64,000 bases of DNA from Candidatus Heimdallarchaeota archaeon. Its GTDB lineage: Archaea; Asgardarchaeota; Heimdallarchaeia; JABLTI01. Below the pieces are notes generated by a model that had not been told where the DNA came from, made no database searches, and saw nothing but the letters and a program-made list of their open reading frames with translations. The DNA lies in the NCBI GenBank assembly GCA_018238155.1, contig JABCTZ010000017.1:1-64000 (forward strand), in the 5' to 3' direction. The stretch's first letter is position 1, and the number at the start of each line of letters is the position of its first letter. Below, piece by piece: positions 28,941 to 39,245 of the stretch. Made by a program: the position numbers and the translations under genes.

Positions 28941-30659
28941 TTGACAAAAACTATTGTTCTAAAAGTAAAAGGTTTGTCACATGAAGATGTATGTAATATT
29001 GTGAGGAATAATTATCAATTAACCCTCTCTGAACCTGTTAAGAAAAAAATACGATTAGCTAGAAAAGCAATTGAGATATCTGTGGAATCAGGACAGAAAG
29101 TCTATGGAATTACTACCGGTTTTGGCTCTCTAAGGGATATCGTTATCCGAGAGAAAGATGCTGAACAATTACAGATAAATTTAATCAGAAGCCACTCTGT
29201 TGCTGTGGGTGAACCCGCAAAAGATGAACAAGTAAAAGCAATGATGGTTCTACGCGTTACTGCTTTGGCTAGAGGGAACTCTGGTTGTCAGCTCTCTACA
29301 GTAGAGAATCTAATTGCTATGATAAATGACAATGTATTACCTATCATTCCAAGTAAGGGATCTGTTGGCGCAAGTGGTGATTTAGCTCAACTTTCACATA
29401 TGGCATTAACAATGATTGGGGATGGTCATAATAACCTAAAATATAAAGGTAAAATATATGATGCTAAAGATGGTTTGAAAAAAGCAGGCATCCCTATAAC
29501 AAAATTATCATACAAAGAAGGCTTGGCTTTAAATAATGGTGTACAATATTCTGCTGGAATAGCATGTATGGCTATAAAGGATTCATATAATCTATTAGAG
29601 AATTCGCTAATAGCGCTTGCATTAACAATGGAAGCTCTAAAAGCTGCAAAACAACAGTTTGATGAGAGAATACATTTAGCAAGAAATCATCCTGGACAAA
29701 TAGCAATTGCTCGAAAAATAAGAGCATTCTATAAAGGGAGCAAATTAGTAAAAATCTATGGGGATGTCTATACTTGTCCCGAAGAATTTTGTGGATACTA
29801 TTACGATTCTGAAATGGGCGATTCAAATCGTGGAATTAAAGAATGGACTCTTTTTGAAGATTTGCCTGAAGATTGGACTTGTCCAAAATGCGGTTTAGTA
29901 AAGAACACTTTCATAAAAACACTGCCAAAGTTGCAAGATGATTATTCAATCCGATGTTCACCACAAGTACTTGGACCAATAAGTGATGTGATGGATAATA
30001 CTAGAACAATATTATCTCGAGAGATAAATGCTGCAACAGATAATCCTTTGATTTTCATTAAGAGGGAAGATCCACTAGAATTTGATATTTTTTCCGGTGG
30101 CAATTTTCATGGGGAACCGATAGCAATTGCTATGGATCATCTAGCTATAGCAATGGCAGAATTAGGAAACATTGCAGAAAGACGATGTGCAAAATTAGTT
30201 GACGGTTCTAGGAATGAGGGCTTGGGTGCATTTCTAATCCATAGAGAAGCTTTAGGATTAAATAGTGGTTTTATGATGCCTCAGTATGTCACCGCCGCAC
30301 TTGCTTCTGAAAACAAAGTATTAGCTTCTCCTGCTTCAATAGATTCAATACCAACTTCTGCAAATGCTGAAGATCATGTAAGTATGAGTCCAATTGCTGC
30401 AAGAAAAGTTGTTGCAATAAATGAAAATTTAGTCTATATTATTGCTATAGAAATGATGCTAGCTGCACAAGGTGTAGATTTAAGATGCCAAATACAAAGC
30501 TTGACTCCAAAAGATGCTCTAGGTGATAAGACTTTCAAAGCTTATCAATTTATAAGAAGTATAATTCCAGTATTAACTCATGATAGAATAATTTATACCG
30601 ATATAGAAAAACTAGCTAAAAAAATAATTGATGGAAGTATTGTAAAATCAATTTCATGA
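28941..30659 (+). CDS. hutH: Histidine ammonia-lyase with an inserted rubredoxin domain
   Basis: VYGITTGFG, LIRSH, MIO motif GASGD, QDDYSIRC, GGNFHG, EDHVSM; insert CPEEFCGYYYD...FEDLPEDWTCPKCG. Confidence 0.88.
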   Translation: MTKTIVLKVKGLSHEDVCNIVRNNYQLTLSEPVKKKIRLARKAIEISVESGQKVYGITTGFGSLRDIVIREKDAEQLQINLIRSHSVAVGEPAKDEQVKAMMVLRVTALARGNSGCQLSTVENLIAMINDNVLPIIPSKGSVGASGDLAQLSHMALTMIGDGHNNLKYKGKIYDAKDGLKKAGIPITKLSYKEGLALNNGVQYSAGIACMAIKDSYNLLENSLIALALTMEALKAAKQQFDERIHLARNHPGQIAIARKIRAFYKGSKLVKIYGDVYTCPEEFCGYYYDSEMGDSNRGIKEWTLFEDLPEDWTCPKCGLVKNTFIKTLPKLQDDYSIRCSPQVLGPISDVMDNTRTILSREINAATDNPLIFIKREDPLEFDIFSGGNFHGEPIAIAMDHLAIAMAELGNIAERRCAKLVDGSRNEGLGAFLIHREALGLNSGFMMPQYVTAALASENKVLASPASIDSIPTSANAEDHVSMSPIAARKVVAINENLVYIIAIEMMLAAQGVDLRCQIQSLTPKDALGDKTFKAYQFIRSIIPVLTHDRIIYTDIEKLAKKIIDGSIVKSIS

Positions 30660-31115
30660 AAATTAAATTGACCAAATCTGGCGAGTCGAGAGCTCGCTTC
30701 TCTCTTCCACCAGTATTTTCATTTTCTTAATCACTTTATTTAATCAAAAAACTAAAAAAAACCAGTACTTCTTTCTTCTTCAGTTTTTAATAAAAACTGT
30801 TGGTATTATTCCTCCAATACCTATCATAGCTAAATGAATTATGATTTCTGAAGGTGTTATTTTGGTATGTGCATTAGAATCGATAACTGTTATAGTATCC
30901 ATTGTATTTTATCCAATAATACCGTGACCATAGCCTTTGAATACGTCCAAATGTAAATACCTTTTTTGTACAAAAGAATCTTCAAGTTAATAGTAAAAAC
31001 TGCTTTTTGTGGGTAGAATGTGGGGTAACGAACCAATCCTATCCCATGCTTTCTAGATAAAGATTTTAAACTTAGCTCAAATACTTTGACAATCATTCAC
31101 TTTAGGTGGAAAAAC

Positions 31116-32639
31116 ATGACCTATACAATCAAAGGTGCTGGACTAACAATTGAAGATGTTGTAAAAGTCGCACGACATAATGAAAAAGTAAAGTTGCATC
31201 CTGACGCAATAAAACGCATGCAAACATGTAGAGATATGGTCGAAGAAAAAATCGAAGCAAACGAAGTTATGTACGGAATAACAACAGGAATTGGTGAATT
31301 CTCAGAGACATTTCTTAAAGGTGAGGAAGTCAAGTTATTCCAGAAATATTTGATATATAATCACGCTGCAGGTATTGGTAAAGCAGCTCCTATTGAGCAT
31401 GTTCGTGCTGCTATGCTAGGTAGACTCAATGTTCTCGCACATGGAAATTCTGGTAACAGAGTAGTAATTGCTGAAACATATGTTGAAATGTTGAATAAAG
31501 GAGTCACTCCAGAAGTTTGTGAAAAGGGTTCTGTTGGTGCTTCTGGTGACTTATGTTCCATGTCACAAATAGCTTTACTTCTTATGGATGAAGGAAGAGC
31601 TTTCTATAAAGGTAAATTATTGCCTGGAAAAGAAGCCTTGGCTAAAGCAGGAATCAAAGCTCCAGGATTAGAACCTAGAGATGGTTTAGCAGCAATTAAT
31701 GGCTCTAATTTTCTTACTGCAATGAGTGCTCTTTGGCTTTATGACGCATTAAGATTCATGAAGCAAGCAGAGATTGCTTGTGCAATGACAATTGAAGCAT
31801 TAATGGGTAATATGAAACCTTACACTCCAAAGCTGCACGAAATTCGCGGCTTCCCTGGCGCAATTAGATCTGCAAAGTCACTTTCAAAACTTTTCAAAGG
31901 AGGGGACTTGTTTGAAGCAAAACTAAAAGTAAAAGTTCAAGATGCTTATTCAATGCGCTCTGCTCCCCAAGTATTAGGTGCTGCTCATGATGCATTAGCT
32001 TGGGCTCGTTCACAAGTGGAAATTGAATTAAATGGCGTTGGAGATAATCCTATCTTCTTCCCCGAAGAAAAATTAACACTCACTGGAGCAAACTTCCAAG
32101 GAACTCCTGTTAGTTTACCATTTGATATGGCTGGTGCAGCAATTACTATGGTCTGTGTTATGTCTGAAAGACGTATGAATAGATTAAATCATCCAGCACT
32201 TAGTGTAGGTTTACCACCATTCCTAACAAAAGGAGCAGGATTAATGTCTGGTTTGATGTTAAGTCAATATACTGCAGGTATGCAAATCGTTGAAATGCGA
32301 ATCTTATCCGCTCCTGCAAGCATCCAATCTATTCCAGCAGCTGCAGATCAAGAGGACTTCGTTTCAATGGGAATGAATACTGCTCTCAAAAACAATCAAA
32401 TTTTGGATAATGCTTATGGTGTTCTTGGTATAGAGCTTATGGCAGCTGCACAAGCTTTGGATTTCAGAGAATTCAAATTTGGTGATGGTGTAATAAAAGC
32501 CAAAGAAGTAATTCGAAAACATGTTGATTTCCTTGACGAAGATAGACCATTGTTTGACGATCACAATGCTATGAAAGCATTGGTCAAATCATGTGAAATT
32601 CTCGAAGAAGTTGAAAAAGAAATTGGCAGTTTAGATTAA
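31116..32639 (+). CDS. Second aromatic amino-acid (histidine) ammonia-lyase paralog
   Basis: MYGITTGIG, YNHAAG, GASGD, QDAYSMR, GANFQG, QEDFVSMG; ATG at 31116 after AGGTGG. Confidence 0.88.
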   Translation: MTYTIKGAGLTIEDVVKVARHNEKVKLHPDAIKRMQTCRDMVEEKIEANEVMYGITTGIGEFSETFLKGEEVKLFQKYLIYNHAAGIGKAAPIEHVRAAMLGRLNVLAHGNSGNRVVIAETYVEMLNKGVTPEVCEKGSVGASGDLCSMSQIALLLMDEGRAFYKGKLLPGKEALAKAGIKAPGLEPRDGLAAINGSNFLTAMSALWLYDALRFMKQAEIACAMTIEALMGNMKPYTPKLHEIRGFPGAIRSAKSLSKLFKGGDLFEAKLKVKVQDAYSMRSAPQVLGAAHDALAWARSQVEIELNGVGDNPIFFPEEKLTLTGANFQGTPVSLPFDMAGAAITMVCVMSERRMNRLNHPALSVGLPPFLTKGAGLMSGLMLSQYTAGMQIVEMRILSAPASIQSIPAAADQEDFVSMGMNTALKNNQILDNAYGVLGIELMAAAQALDFREFKFGDGVIKAKEVIRKHVDFLDEDRPLFDDHNAMKALVKSCEILEEVEKEIGSLD

Positions 32640-32653
32640 TAGATTTGTATTAA

Positions 32654-32686
32654 GAATTAGGATATTCCTAATTCCTTTCTTTTATT
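32654..32686. terminator. Hairpin terminator between convergent genes
   Basis: GAATTAGGA-TAT-TCCTAATTC followed by T-rich run. Confidence 0.55.
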
Positions 32687-32716
32687 TCAATTTATATCAA
32701 TGTTGTTTGATTTTTC

Positions 32717-33160
32717 TTATCTTATTTTGTATTGATTTCGATGTATCAATGATTTTGCGAATTTTGTAACTATCTCAGCGTGTGTTGAATTATAATCAAT
32801 TAATCCAATAATCTCATCATTATTGTTTGAATCTATAACTGCTAATCGGTTTATTTTTTCCTTATGCATAATTTGATCTGCTTCATCAATAGATGCTAAT
32901 CGATTTACTGAAATCACTGGTTTTATCATGAAACTTTTTGCAGTAGTATCAGGTGAGATTATTCCACCATCTTTTAAAATCAATCTTTGAATATCTCTGT
33001 CAGTAATTATTCCAACTAATTTTCCAAACCTTGTTACAAAAACACACCCTCGTTTTGTTTTAAGCAATATTTTAGTTACTTTAACGAAGTTTGTATTTTC
33101 TTCTACTATTTCAGGCTTAATCATTATCGTTTCTACTGTTGTAGTTCTTAAGAAAGGCAT
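32717..33160 (-). CDS. CBS-pair domain protein
   Basis: GKLVGIITDRDI, MIKPVISV, KINRLAVI..IIGLI. Confidence 0.88.
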   Translation of the reverse strand: MPFLRTTTVETIMIKPEIVEENTNFVKVTKILLKTKRGCVFVTRFGKLVGIITDRDIQRLILKDGGIISPDTTAKSFMIKPVISVNRLASIDEADQIMHKEKINRLAVIDSNNNDEIIGLIDYNSTHAEIVTKFAKSLIHRNQYKIR

Positions 33161-33484
33161 TAGCTATATCCTTCATTTTCAATAAACATTGAATCTCTAA
33201 TCTTTTAAACATTTGGTTCACTATTTAGACTTATACATTGCTAATTAATTCTTCTACTAATTCTTTAACTTCTTTATTCGTTTCTCTTTTCGAGGGAAAT
33301 AGTTAAATAAATCTAATTTTGTGTTCTCATTAGGTGAAATTTAATGTGGGATTAACTTCACTAATAATAAAATTGAAAAGATAAGATTTTATGATAGATA
33401 TTGTTCCACATCTGAAGAGATTTTTTCATCCAACCAATGAGTTATATTAGTTGAAAGAAAAAATTCTTCCAAGAAAGCCCCGAG

Positions 33485-34990
33485 GTGTTTCATTTGACAG
33501 AAGAAGAAATGAAGAAATTAAAAGTAGGCAGACCAGCCGGTTTCCGAGATTTTTATCCAGAAGATTATACAAAAGTAGATTTTGTATTACAAACTATGCG
33601 ACGAATCTCTCAAGAATATGGATATGTTGAATATGTTTCTCCATCCATTGAACTAAGAAAATTATATGAGTTAAAATCCGGTGAAGGTTTAATTAAAGAA
33701 ACTTTCAAAATTGAAAGTAGAAGTGGTCAAGAACTCGTGCTTATTCCTGAGTTAACTCCAAGCTTATCTAGAATGCTTGCAGCAAAACAACAGTATTATA
33801 CTAAACCAATTCGCTGGTTTTCATTTCCAAAATGTTACCGTGATGAAACTCTCCAAAGAGGAAGAGTAAAAGAATTCTGGCAATATAATATTGATATTTT
33901 AGGTATAGATGAAATTTATGCAGATGCTGAAATAATAACTATACTAGCAAGAATAATCAATGAATGTGGATTGTCAAAAGAGCAATTCGTAGTACTAGTT
34001 AATGATAGAGAGTTTATGCAACAATTCATGGTCGCTCTCGGTATTTCTGATTTTCTAGCAGTTTTCAGGTTATTTGATCGAAAGGATAAGTTGTTTCAAG
34101 AACGCATTCAAGAAATGCTTAAAGGAGCCTTTGAAGAGGATCAAATAATTGATATTGCTCTAAAGATTCGTCATGCAAAAAAACCAGATGAATCAATATT
34201 TGAGCAAATTCCTAAAACGAAAATTACCGAAGAAATAATAGATGGATTTGAGAGCATCCGAAAAGTAACCTTGATTGATGCTTTGAAAAAGTTAGAAATT
34301 TCAAAGGAACAGGCAGAAATCTTGTACGAATTATCTGAAATTAAAGATACACCAAAAAATTTCATTAAAAAAGTCAAGAAACTTTACCCAGGGGAAAATT
34401 CAATTGAAGCATTGAAAAATCTCGAAGATTTAGCTTTAATTCTTGATAATTTTGGGATAGCTGATTTCATTCTTTATGATGGAAGTTTAGCAAGAGGATT
34501 GGATTACTATACCGGAATTATTTTCGAAGCTTGGAGCAAAGAAGGAATTATTCCAAGAGCAATTGCCGGTGGAGGTAGATATGCTGATTTAGTAGCAATT
34601 CTAGGAGGTCAACCCCTAACAGGAGTAGGATTTGGATTCGGTGAAACCGTGTTAATGGAATTGATGAGTGACTTTGAAGTAGAATATCCAAGAGTGGAAA
34701 TTTGTGATGTTTATATTGCTCCAATAAAATTAGATGATTTTTCGATAATAATTGATCTTTCTAATAAACTTCGAACAAAAGGGTTGAAAGTTATCTTAAA
34801 CCCCTTTAATTGGAAAATGAAGAGACATTTTGAAAATGCAGAGAGAATAGATGTTGAGTGGATGATAATTGTTGGTAAGAAAGACCTAGCAAACGATTCA
34901 GTAACATTACGAAATATTATTTCTGGGGATCAAGAAACTATTCCTTTAAAGAAAATCACAACAATACTTCAGAAGAAATTAGAAAAGTAA
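33485..34990 (+). CDS. hisS: Histidine--tRNA ligase
   Basis: GFRDFYP, PELTPS, RDETLQRGRVKEFWQ, RGLDYYTG, GGGRY, anticodon-binding domain. Confidence 0.95.
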   Translation: MFHLTEEEMKKLKVGRPAGFRDFYPEDYTKVDFVLQTMRRISQEYGYVEYVSPSIELRKLYELKSGEGLIKETFKIESRSGQELVLIPELTPSLSRMLAAKQQYYTKPIRWFSFPKCYRDETLQRGRVKEFWQYNIDILGIDEIYADAEIITILARIINECGLSKEQFVVLVNDREFMQQFMVALGISDFLAVFRLFDRKDKLFQERIQEMLKGAFEEDQIIDIALKIRHAKKPDESIFEQIPKTKITEEIIDGFESIRKVTLIDALKKLEISKEQAEILYELSEIKDTPKNFIKKVKKLYPGENSIEALKNLEDLALILDNFGIADFILYDGSLARGLDYYTGIIFEAWSKEGIIPRAIAGGGRYADLVAILGGQPLTGVGFGFGETVLMELMSDFEVEYPRVEICDVYIAPIKLDDFSIIIDLSNKLRTKGLKVILNPFNWKMKRHFENAERIDVEWMIIVGKKDLANDSVTLRNIISGDQETIPLKKITTILQKKLEK

Positions 34991-35103
34991 TCCTACCAAC
35001 ATACGCAAGATTATTTAGAAGAAATAATACACTCAGAAGAGTAAGTAAGTGTATTTATTTCTAAATCTAAATAATTGATTAACATGGGAATTTAAAGTCT
35101 GGT

Positions 35104-35481
35104 GTGATTTTATTGGTAGAGACTAGAACAGAACAAATTCGTTGTATTTTGTGTAATAAGCACCTAGACCTTACAATGAGCGATGGAAAAGAATTGTTCA
35201 TTTGCTCGGAATGCCAAGCCTATTTTTGCCCTGACTGTTTACAAGCAATAGAAAATTATTCAGCATGCCCTGCAGCAAGATTGCTAGGAGCTAAAGAGCA
35301 TGAGTTGAAATTTCTAAAAATCCTTCCACCAAAACTAATCTTTTCAAGTGGTAATTTATCACAAATTGAAAAAAATAAACCATCTACAGTAAAAATTTTG
35401 CCCAAAAAAAGTATCAAGGTAATTGAATCAAAATCCGAAAGGAATAAAGCAGTGAAAAAAAAAAATAACTTCAAGAAATAA
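35104..35481 (+). CDS. RING-like Zn-finger protein, paralog of 25157-25648
   Basis: C14-x2-C-x16-C-x2-C-x4-C-x2-C-x9-CP-x9-H66 plus basic tail. Confidence 0.65.
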   Translation: MILLVETRTEQIRCILCNKHLDLTMSDGKELFICSECQAYFCPDCLQAIENYSACPAARLLGAKEHELKFLKILPPKLIFSSGNLSQIEKNKPSTVKILPKKSIKVIESKSERNKAVKKKNNFKK

Positions 35482-35499
35482 ATAGCATTCATAAAAGGG

Positions 35500-37212
35500 G
35501 TGTATTATTTGCAAATTAAAGCGTTCAAATTAACTATGACCGGTGAAATAGCAATAACTAAAACTACTCCAATAAGTAGTGGAGAACTGCTCAGGTTAAT
35601 GGTCATCCCAGTAATGAACGATTCAGAAATTGTAAATGCTTCCAAAGTTGAAGTTCTAAATCCGTATGAAATTAGAGTTGTTGATTCTAGATTACCTGTA
35701 TTTGATCAAACAAAAGTTGTTTATTTTGATATCACAATTCCAAAAAATTGGTCTAGTGGACGCTATTTAACTAGTGTACTGTGTACTAATGGAAAAATAA
35801 TAACCAGTTGCTATTTTTATTTTCAAGCGGGGAAAAATGCTCATGTAATAAATCGAATACAAAACCCAAAATGGATTCTTAATTATTCGTTAAATGTGAA
35901 AAATGTCAGTGAAAAACCAGTGGGTAATTTTTCAGCATTTATTGCGTTACCATTAACTATTTCTCCACAGCAAATAGTAAGCAATTTACAAATTCATCCC
36001 AGTAACCTAACTATATCAACCGATGTAGAAGGAAACCATTGGACACATTTCTCAGTAAAAAGAATGGAAGCAAAAGAATCGCGTTTATTGAGCTATAGTG
36101 CTGAAGTTGAAATGAAACCTTTGATTATCCCTCAAAGGATTTCTAAAATTACGAAAACAAATCCCTACGAAAGAAAATTCTTGCAAAATTATCTGCAACC
36201 TGAACCACATATTGAAAGTGATCATCTTAAAATAGTGAAGATGGCTGCAAATATTCCAAATAATGATCCGCTCACCTTTGCTAAACGTGCTGCAAAACAA
36301 GTGCAAAAAACAGTTAAATATGAAATACAACCAGGAGAATTCGGAGCAGCTTTTGCTATTGAAAAAAGAAAAGGGGATTGTACTGAATTTGCTGCATTAT
36401 TTGTTGCTCTTTGTCGAGCTGCTGGCATTCCAGCAAGAACAAATGCCGGTTTTGCTTTAGCCCAAAGATGGGAGAGGCACGCAACTGCAGAATTCTTAGT
36501 TCAAGGAAGGTGGATTCCTATAGATCTCACTATGCAGAGAAGCAGTGAAATTATTCTCGGATCTTTACCACTAAATATTATCGTTACTCGAGGTAACTGG
36601 ATGGGTGGAACTTTAGCTAAAGAAGTAGCTTACAAATATCAAGTTATAGAACCTAAACAGAAAGTAGATATTGATATTCTCTGGAATATTGTTCTTAGCA
36701 ATGGGAATAATCACTCAACAACTAATCATTCTGCAATAAATAAAACAGTTAAAATTATTGATCCACAAATTTTTAACTCATCAAAAATTAAACCAAAAGT
36801 AATTGAGCAAAGCAAAATAAAAATTTTAGTCGAAAATGAAGGACAAGAAGTTGATTTTATAAAAGTAACTAAAAATAAACCAATTGTTCTTTCGAAAAAG
36901 AAGCATAAAATGTTCGAGTTAAAAGTAGAAATGCCTGATGCTATTAAACAAGGTGCCTCTTTTAAACCAAAAATAACTCTTATTAACCATTCAGAAAACA
37001 ATCTCACTGGCTGCTGCGAAATAAGAGAATTTGTGGATGGAATAATCAAAATACGATCAATTGTAGGGAAGAAAATACCGCCGAATTCCCAAAGGACGAT
37101 TAAACCAATAATTAGTTTGGATTCCATTGGAATGAGTGAACTAGAAATTATTTACAGCAATCGTATTGGAAGAGTGCTATCCAGAATATCTGATTTGATA
37201 AGTCTTTATTAG
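35500..37212 (+). CDS. Transglutaminase-like (papain-fold) protein with flanking beta-sandwich domains
   Basis: GDCTEFAALFVALCRAAGIPAR, HATAEF, WIPIDLT (Cys-His-Asp triad). Confidence 0.88.
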   Translation: MYYLQIKAFKLTMTGEIAITKTTPISSGELLRLMVIPVMNDSEIVNASKVEVLNPYEIRVVDSRLPVFDQTKVVYFDITIPKNWSSGRYLTSVLCTNGKIITSCYFYFQAGKNAHVINRIQNPKWILNYSLNVKNVSEKPVGNFSAFIALPLTISPQQIVSNLQIHPSNLTISTDVEGNHWTHFSVKRMEAKESRLLSYSAEVEMKPLIIPQRISKITKTNPYERKFLQNYLQPEPHIESDHLKIVKMAANIPNNDPLTFAKRAAKQVQKTVKYEIQPGEFGAAFAIEKRKGDCTEFAALFVALCRAAGIPARTNAGFALAQRWERHATAEFLVQGRWIPIDLTMQRSSEIILGSLPLNIIVTRGNWMGGTLAKEVAYKYQVIEPKQKVDIDILWNIVLSNGNNHSTTNHSAINKTVKIIDPQIFNSSKIKPKVIEQSKIKILVENEGQEVDFIKVTKNKPIVLSKKKHKMFELKVEMPDAIKQGASFKPKITLINHSENNLTGCCEIREFVDGIIKIRSIVGKKIPPNSQRTIKPIISLDSIGMSELEIIYSNRIGRVLSRISDLISLY

Positions 37213-37303
37213 AGAAAGAATATATTTAAATCACTTCACCTATTATTTTTCTAGAACAATATTAATTTAAATTAAAAAAATTGTTATACTCTTAAACACA
37301 TGG

Positions 37304-39172
37304 ATGATTGATGGCATGCATTTTGCACTTTTGGCACTTATTCTGGGTTCAATATTTGGCGTTCTCGCTACTCTTGTAGTTTGGGTAGCGAAAGGAGAAG
37401 CTACTCCTGCAATGGGCATCATTGGCGGTGGGACCTTTGTAGCAGGATTTCTCGTATCTCTAACACAATTTTGGTATTCACTACCAACGCATGGTACAGT
37501 AATTGTGGTAAGCCTATTATTTGGTGGAATAATGGTAATTGTAATGTTGAGATTATTCTCAAAAAGCTTCGGCAGATTAGGACGGTCACCATTAAAAATC
37601 GTTGTTTTGGTAGTAGGTATTCTATTGATGGTAACACCTGCCTATTTTGGTTTTAGTTCTGCGATTTATAGGGGCTTCGATACCGCTCGCTACTTTGATT
37701 CAGTACTTGAATTTCCTGATGAGCAGTTACCTTTTAACAATATCGTTACAGGTGATCATTTACGTGTGGTCGACAGTGATCTTGCAGAAGAAATCATTCA
37801 AAAATCATCCCCATTTGGTAGCAATACTAAGATTTTAGAAATGCATGTTGGAAAAATTTATGGGAAATTGATGTGGATTGGAGTAATAGGTACGGATTCG
37901 TTTCATGTTGGAACGGATAATGCTGATCGGAAACGGAACTCCATTTTTGGATTTGTTGGAGTAGACTTGACAAATCCATCTGCAGATGTGGTAGTAATTG
38001 AACAATCCTTCACAATTGGTCATTATCTAGTCCGCTCAAAGACATTGGGCAGAATTATCTGGAAATATAATCCTGATTACAGAGCAGGTGATAACAGCTA
38101 TTTCTCAATGAATGATGAAGATCAAATGCGATTACTTGTACCGTATTCAATCTCACATAGTTTAACGATTGAAAATGTCAATGGAATAGCAATGACGACC
38201 TACCTGGAAAAAGTTGGTGGTGTGCTTGAATATGATTCATTGGGTAATTTGATTAAAGATCATACAGACCTCGAAGATTTACCTCATTATGCTCGCATTC
38301 AATGTTATCCTGAGGATTGGTTAGAATTTAATATCAATAAATGGGGTCGACACAGAAAAGGTAATCATGAATTCCAATATTTCTTTACTACCACAGAGCA
38401 ATTAGGCATTTCTTGGTATGATGATGTTAGAGTTATTTATGATGCAAATACCGGTGAAACATCACAATATGTTATGCTCACACAACCTGAATCCGAAAGT
38501 CAGTTATTACGAGGTGCAATAAAAGCAAATGCTTCTGGTATCTTCTTCTTTGATTGGTCCGATCTTCAACCAAAACCAATTGATACCTATAACGCACTGA
38601 TACATTGTGCAACAGCTATCGATGTTGAAGTTGGAACAACAGAGCATAATTATCATCCAATATTACCATTATTGTATCCAGTAAGAGAAAAATATCAGAA
38701 CATGTCTGATTATGCGTATATTGTTCCAATTCAATTTGAGCAATTAAGATTTGGAGGAATAACGATAACAAATCCACTTGATACAAGTGGTATAGAAACC
38801 ATTGTAGAAATTGCTGATCCAAGTGACACTGTTGAAACAGTGCTAATTAGAGCATTAGACAGTTATTTGCTTATGTTAGGAGATGAAGGTGTTACAGTTT
38901 CTAACTACACAGAAACATTGGAAATAGAAGCAATTACTTCCTTTGAAAAAGATGGGGACACAATTTACGTTGCTTATGGTAACCTAACATATCTTCCTGA
39001 AGGAGAAGTAATACCCATTAGTGAAAACCAAACGGTATGGTTCACACAAAATTACCTAAATCTAACATATTGGGAACAAGTATTATTCCTAGAAGCTGGT
39101 GATGTTCTAAAATTAGAAGTGATTTATCTTCTTGATGTCTTCTATTGTAAGAGCATTGTTTCGATAAATTAG
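37304..39172 (+). CDS. Membrane protein with about 4 N-terminal TM helices and a large soluble domain, function unknown
   Basis: 622-aa ORF with hydrophobic N-terminus. Confidence 0.7.
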   Translation: MIDGMHFALLALILGSIFGVLATLVVWVAKGEATPAMGIIGGGTFVAGFLVSLTQFWYSLPTHGTVIVVSLLFGGIMVIVMLRLFSKSFGRLGRSPLKIVVLVVGILLMVTPAYFGFSSAIYRGFDTARYFDSVLEFPDEQLPFNNIVTGDHLRVVDSDLAEEIIQKSSPFGSNTKILEMHVGKIYGKLMWIGVIGTDSFHVGTDNADRKRNSIFGFVGVDLTNPSADVVVIEQSFTIGHYLVRSKTLGRIIWKYNPDYRAGDNSYFSMNDEDQMRLLVPYSISHSLTIENVNGIAMTTYLEKVGGVLEYDSLGNLIKDHTDLEDLPHYARIQCYPEDWLEFNINKWGRHRKGNHEFQYFFTTTEQLGISWYDDVRVIYDANTGETSQYVMLTQPESESQLLRGAIKANASGIFFFDWSDLQPKPIDTYNALIHCATAIDVEVGTTEHNYHPILPLLYPVREKYQNMSDYAYIVPIQFEQLRFGGITITNPLDTSGIETIVEIADPSDTVETVLIRALDSYLLMLGDEGVTVSNYTETLEIEAITSFEKDGDTIYVAYGNLTYLPEGEVIPISENQTVWFTQNYLNLTYWEQVLFLEAGDVLKLEVIYLLDVFYCKSIVSIN

Positions 39173-39189
39173 TTAAAAAGAGATAGAAG

Positions 39190-39212
39190 AGTTTTCCTAT
39201 CACCGGAAAACT
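39190..39212. terminator. Hairpin between convergent genes
   Basis: AGTTTTCC-TATCACC-GGAAAACT. Confidence 0.5.
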
Positions 39213-39245
39213 TTCAATATTTTTTTCTGTTTTTTCTATTATCAA

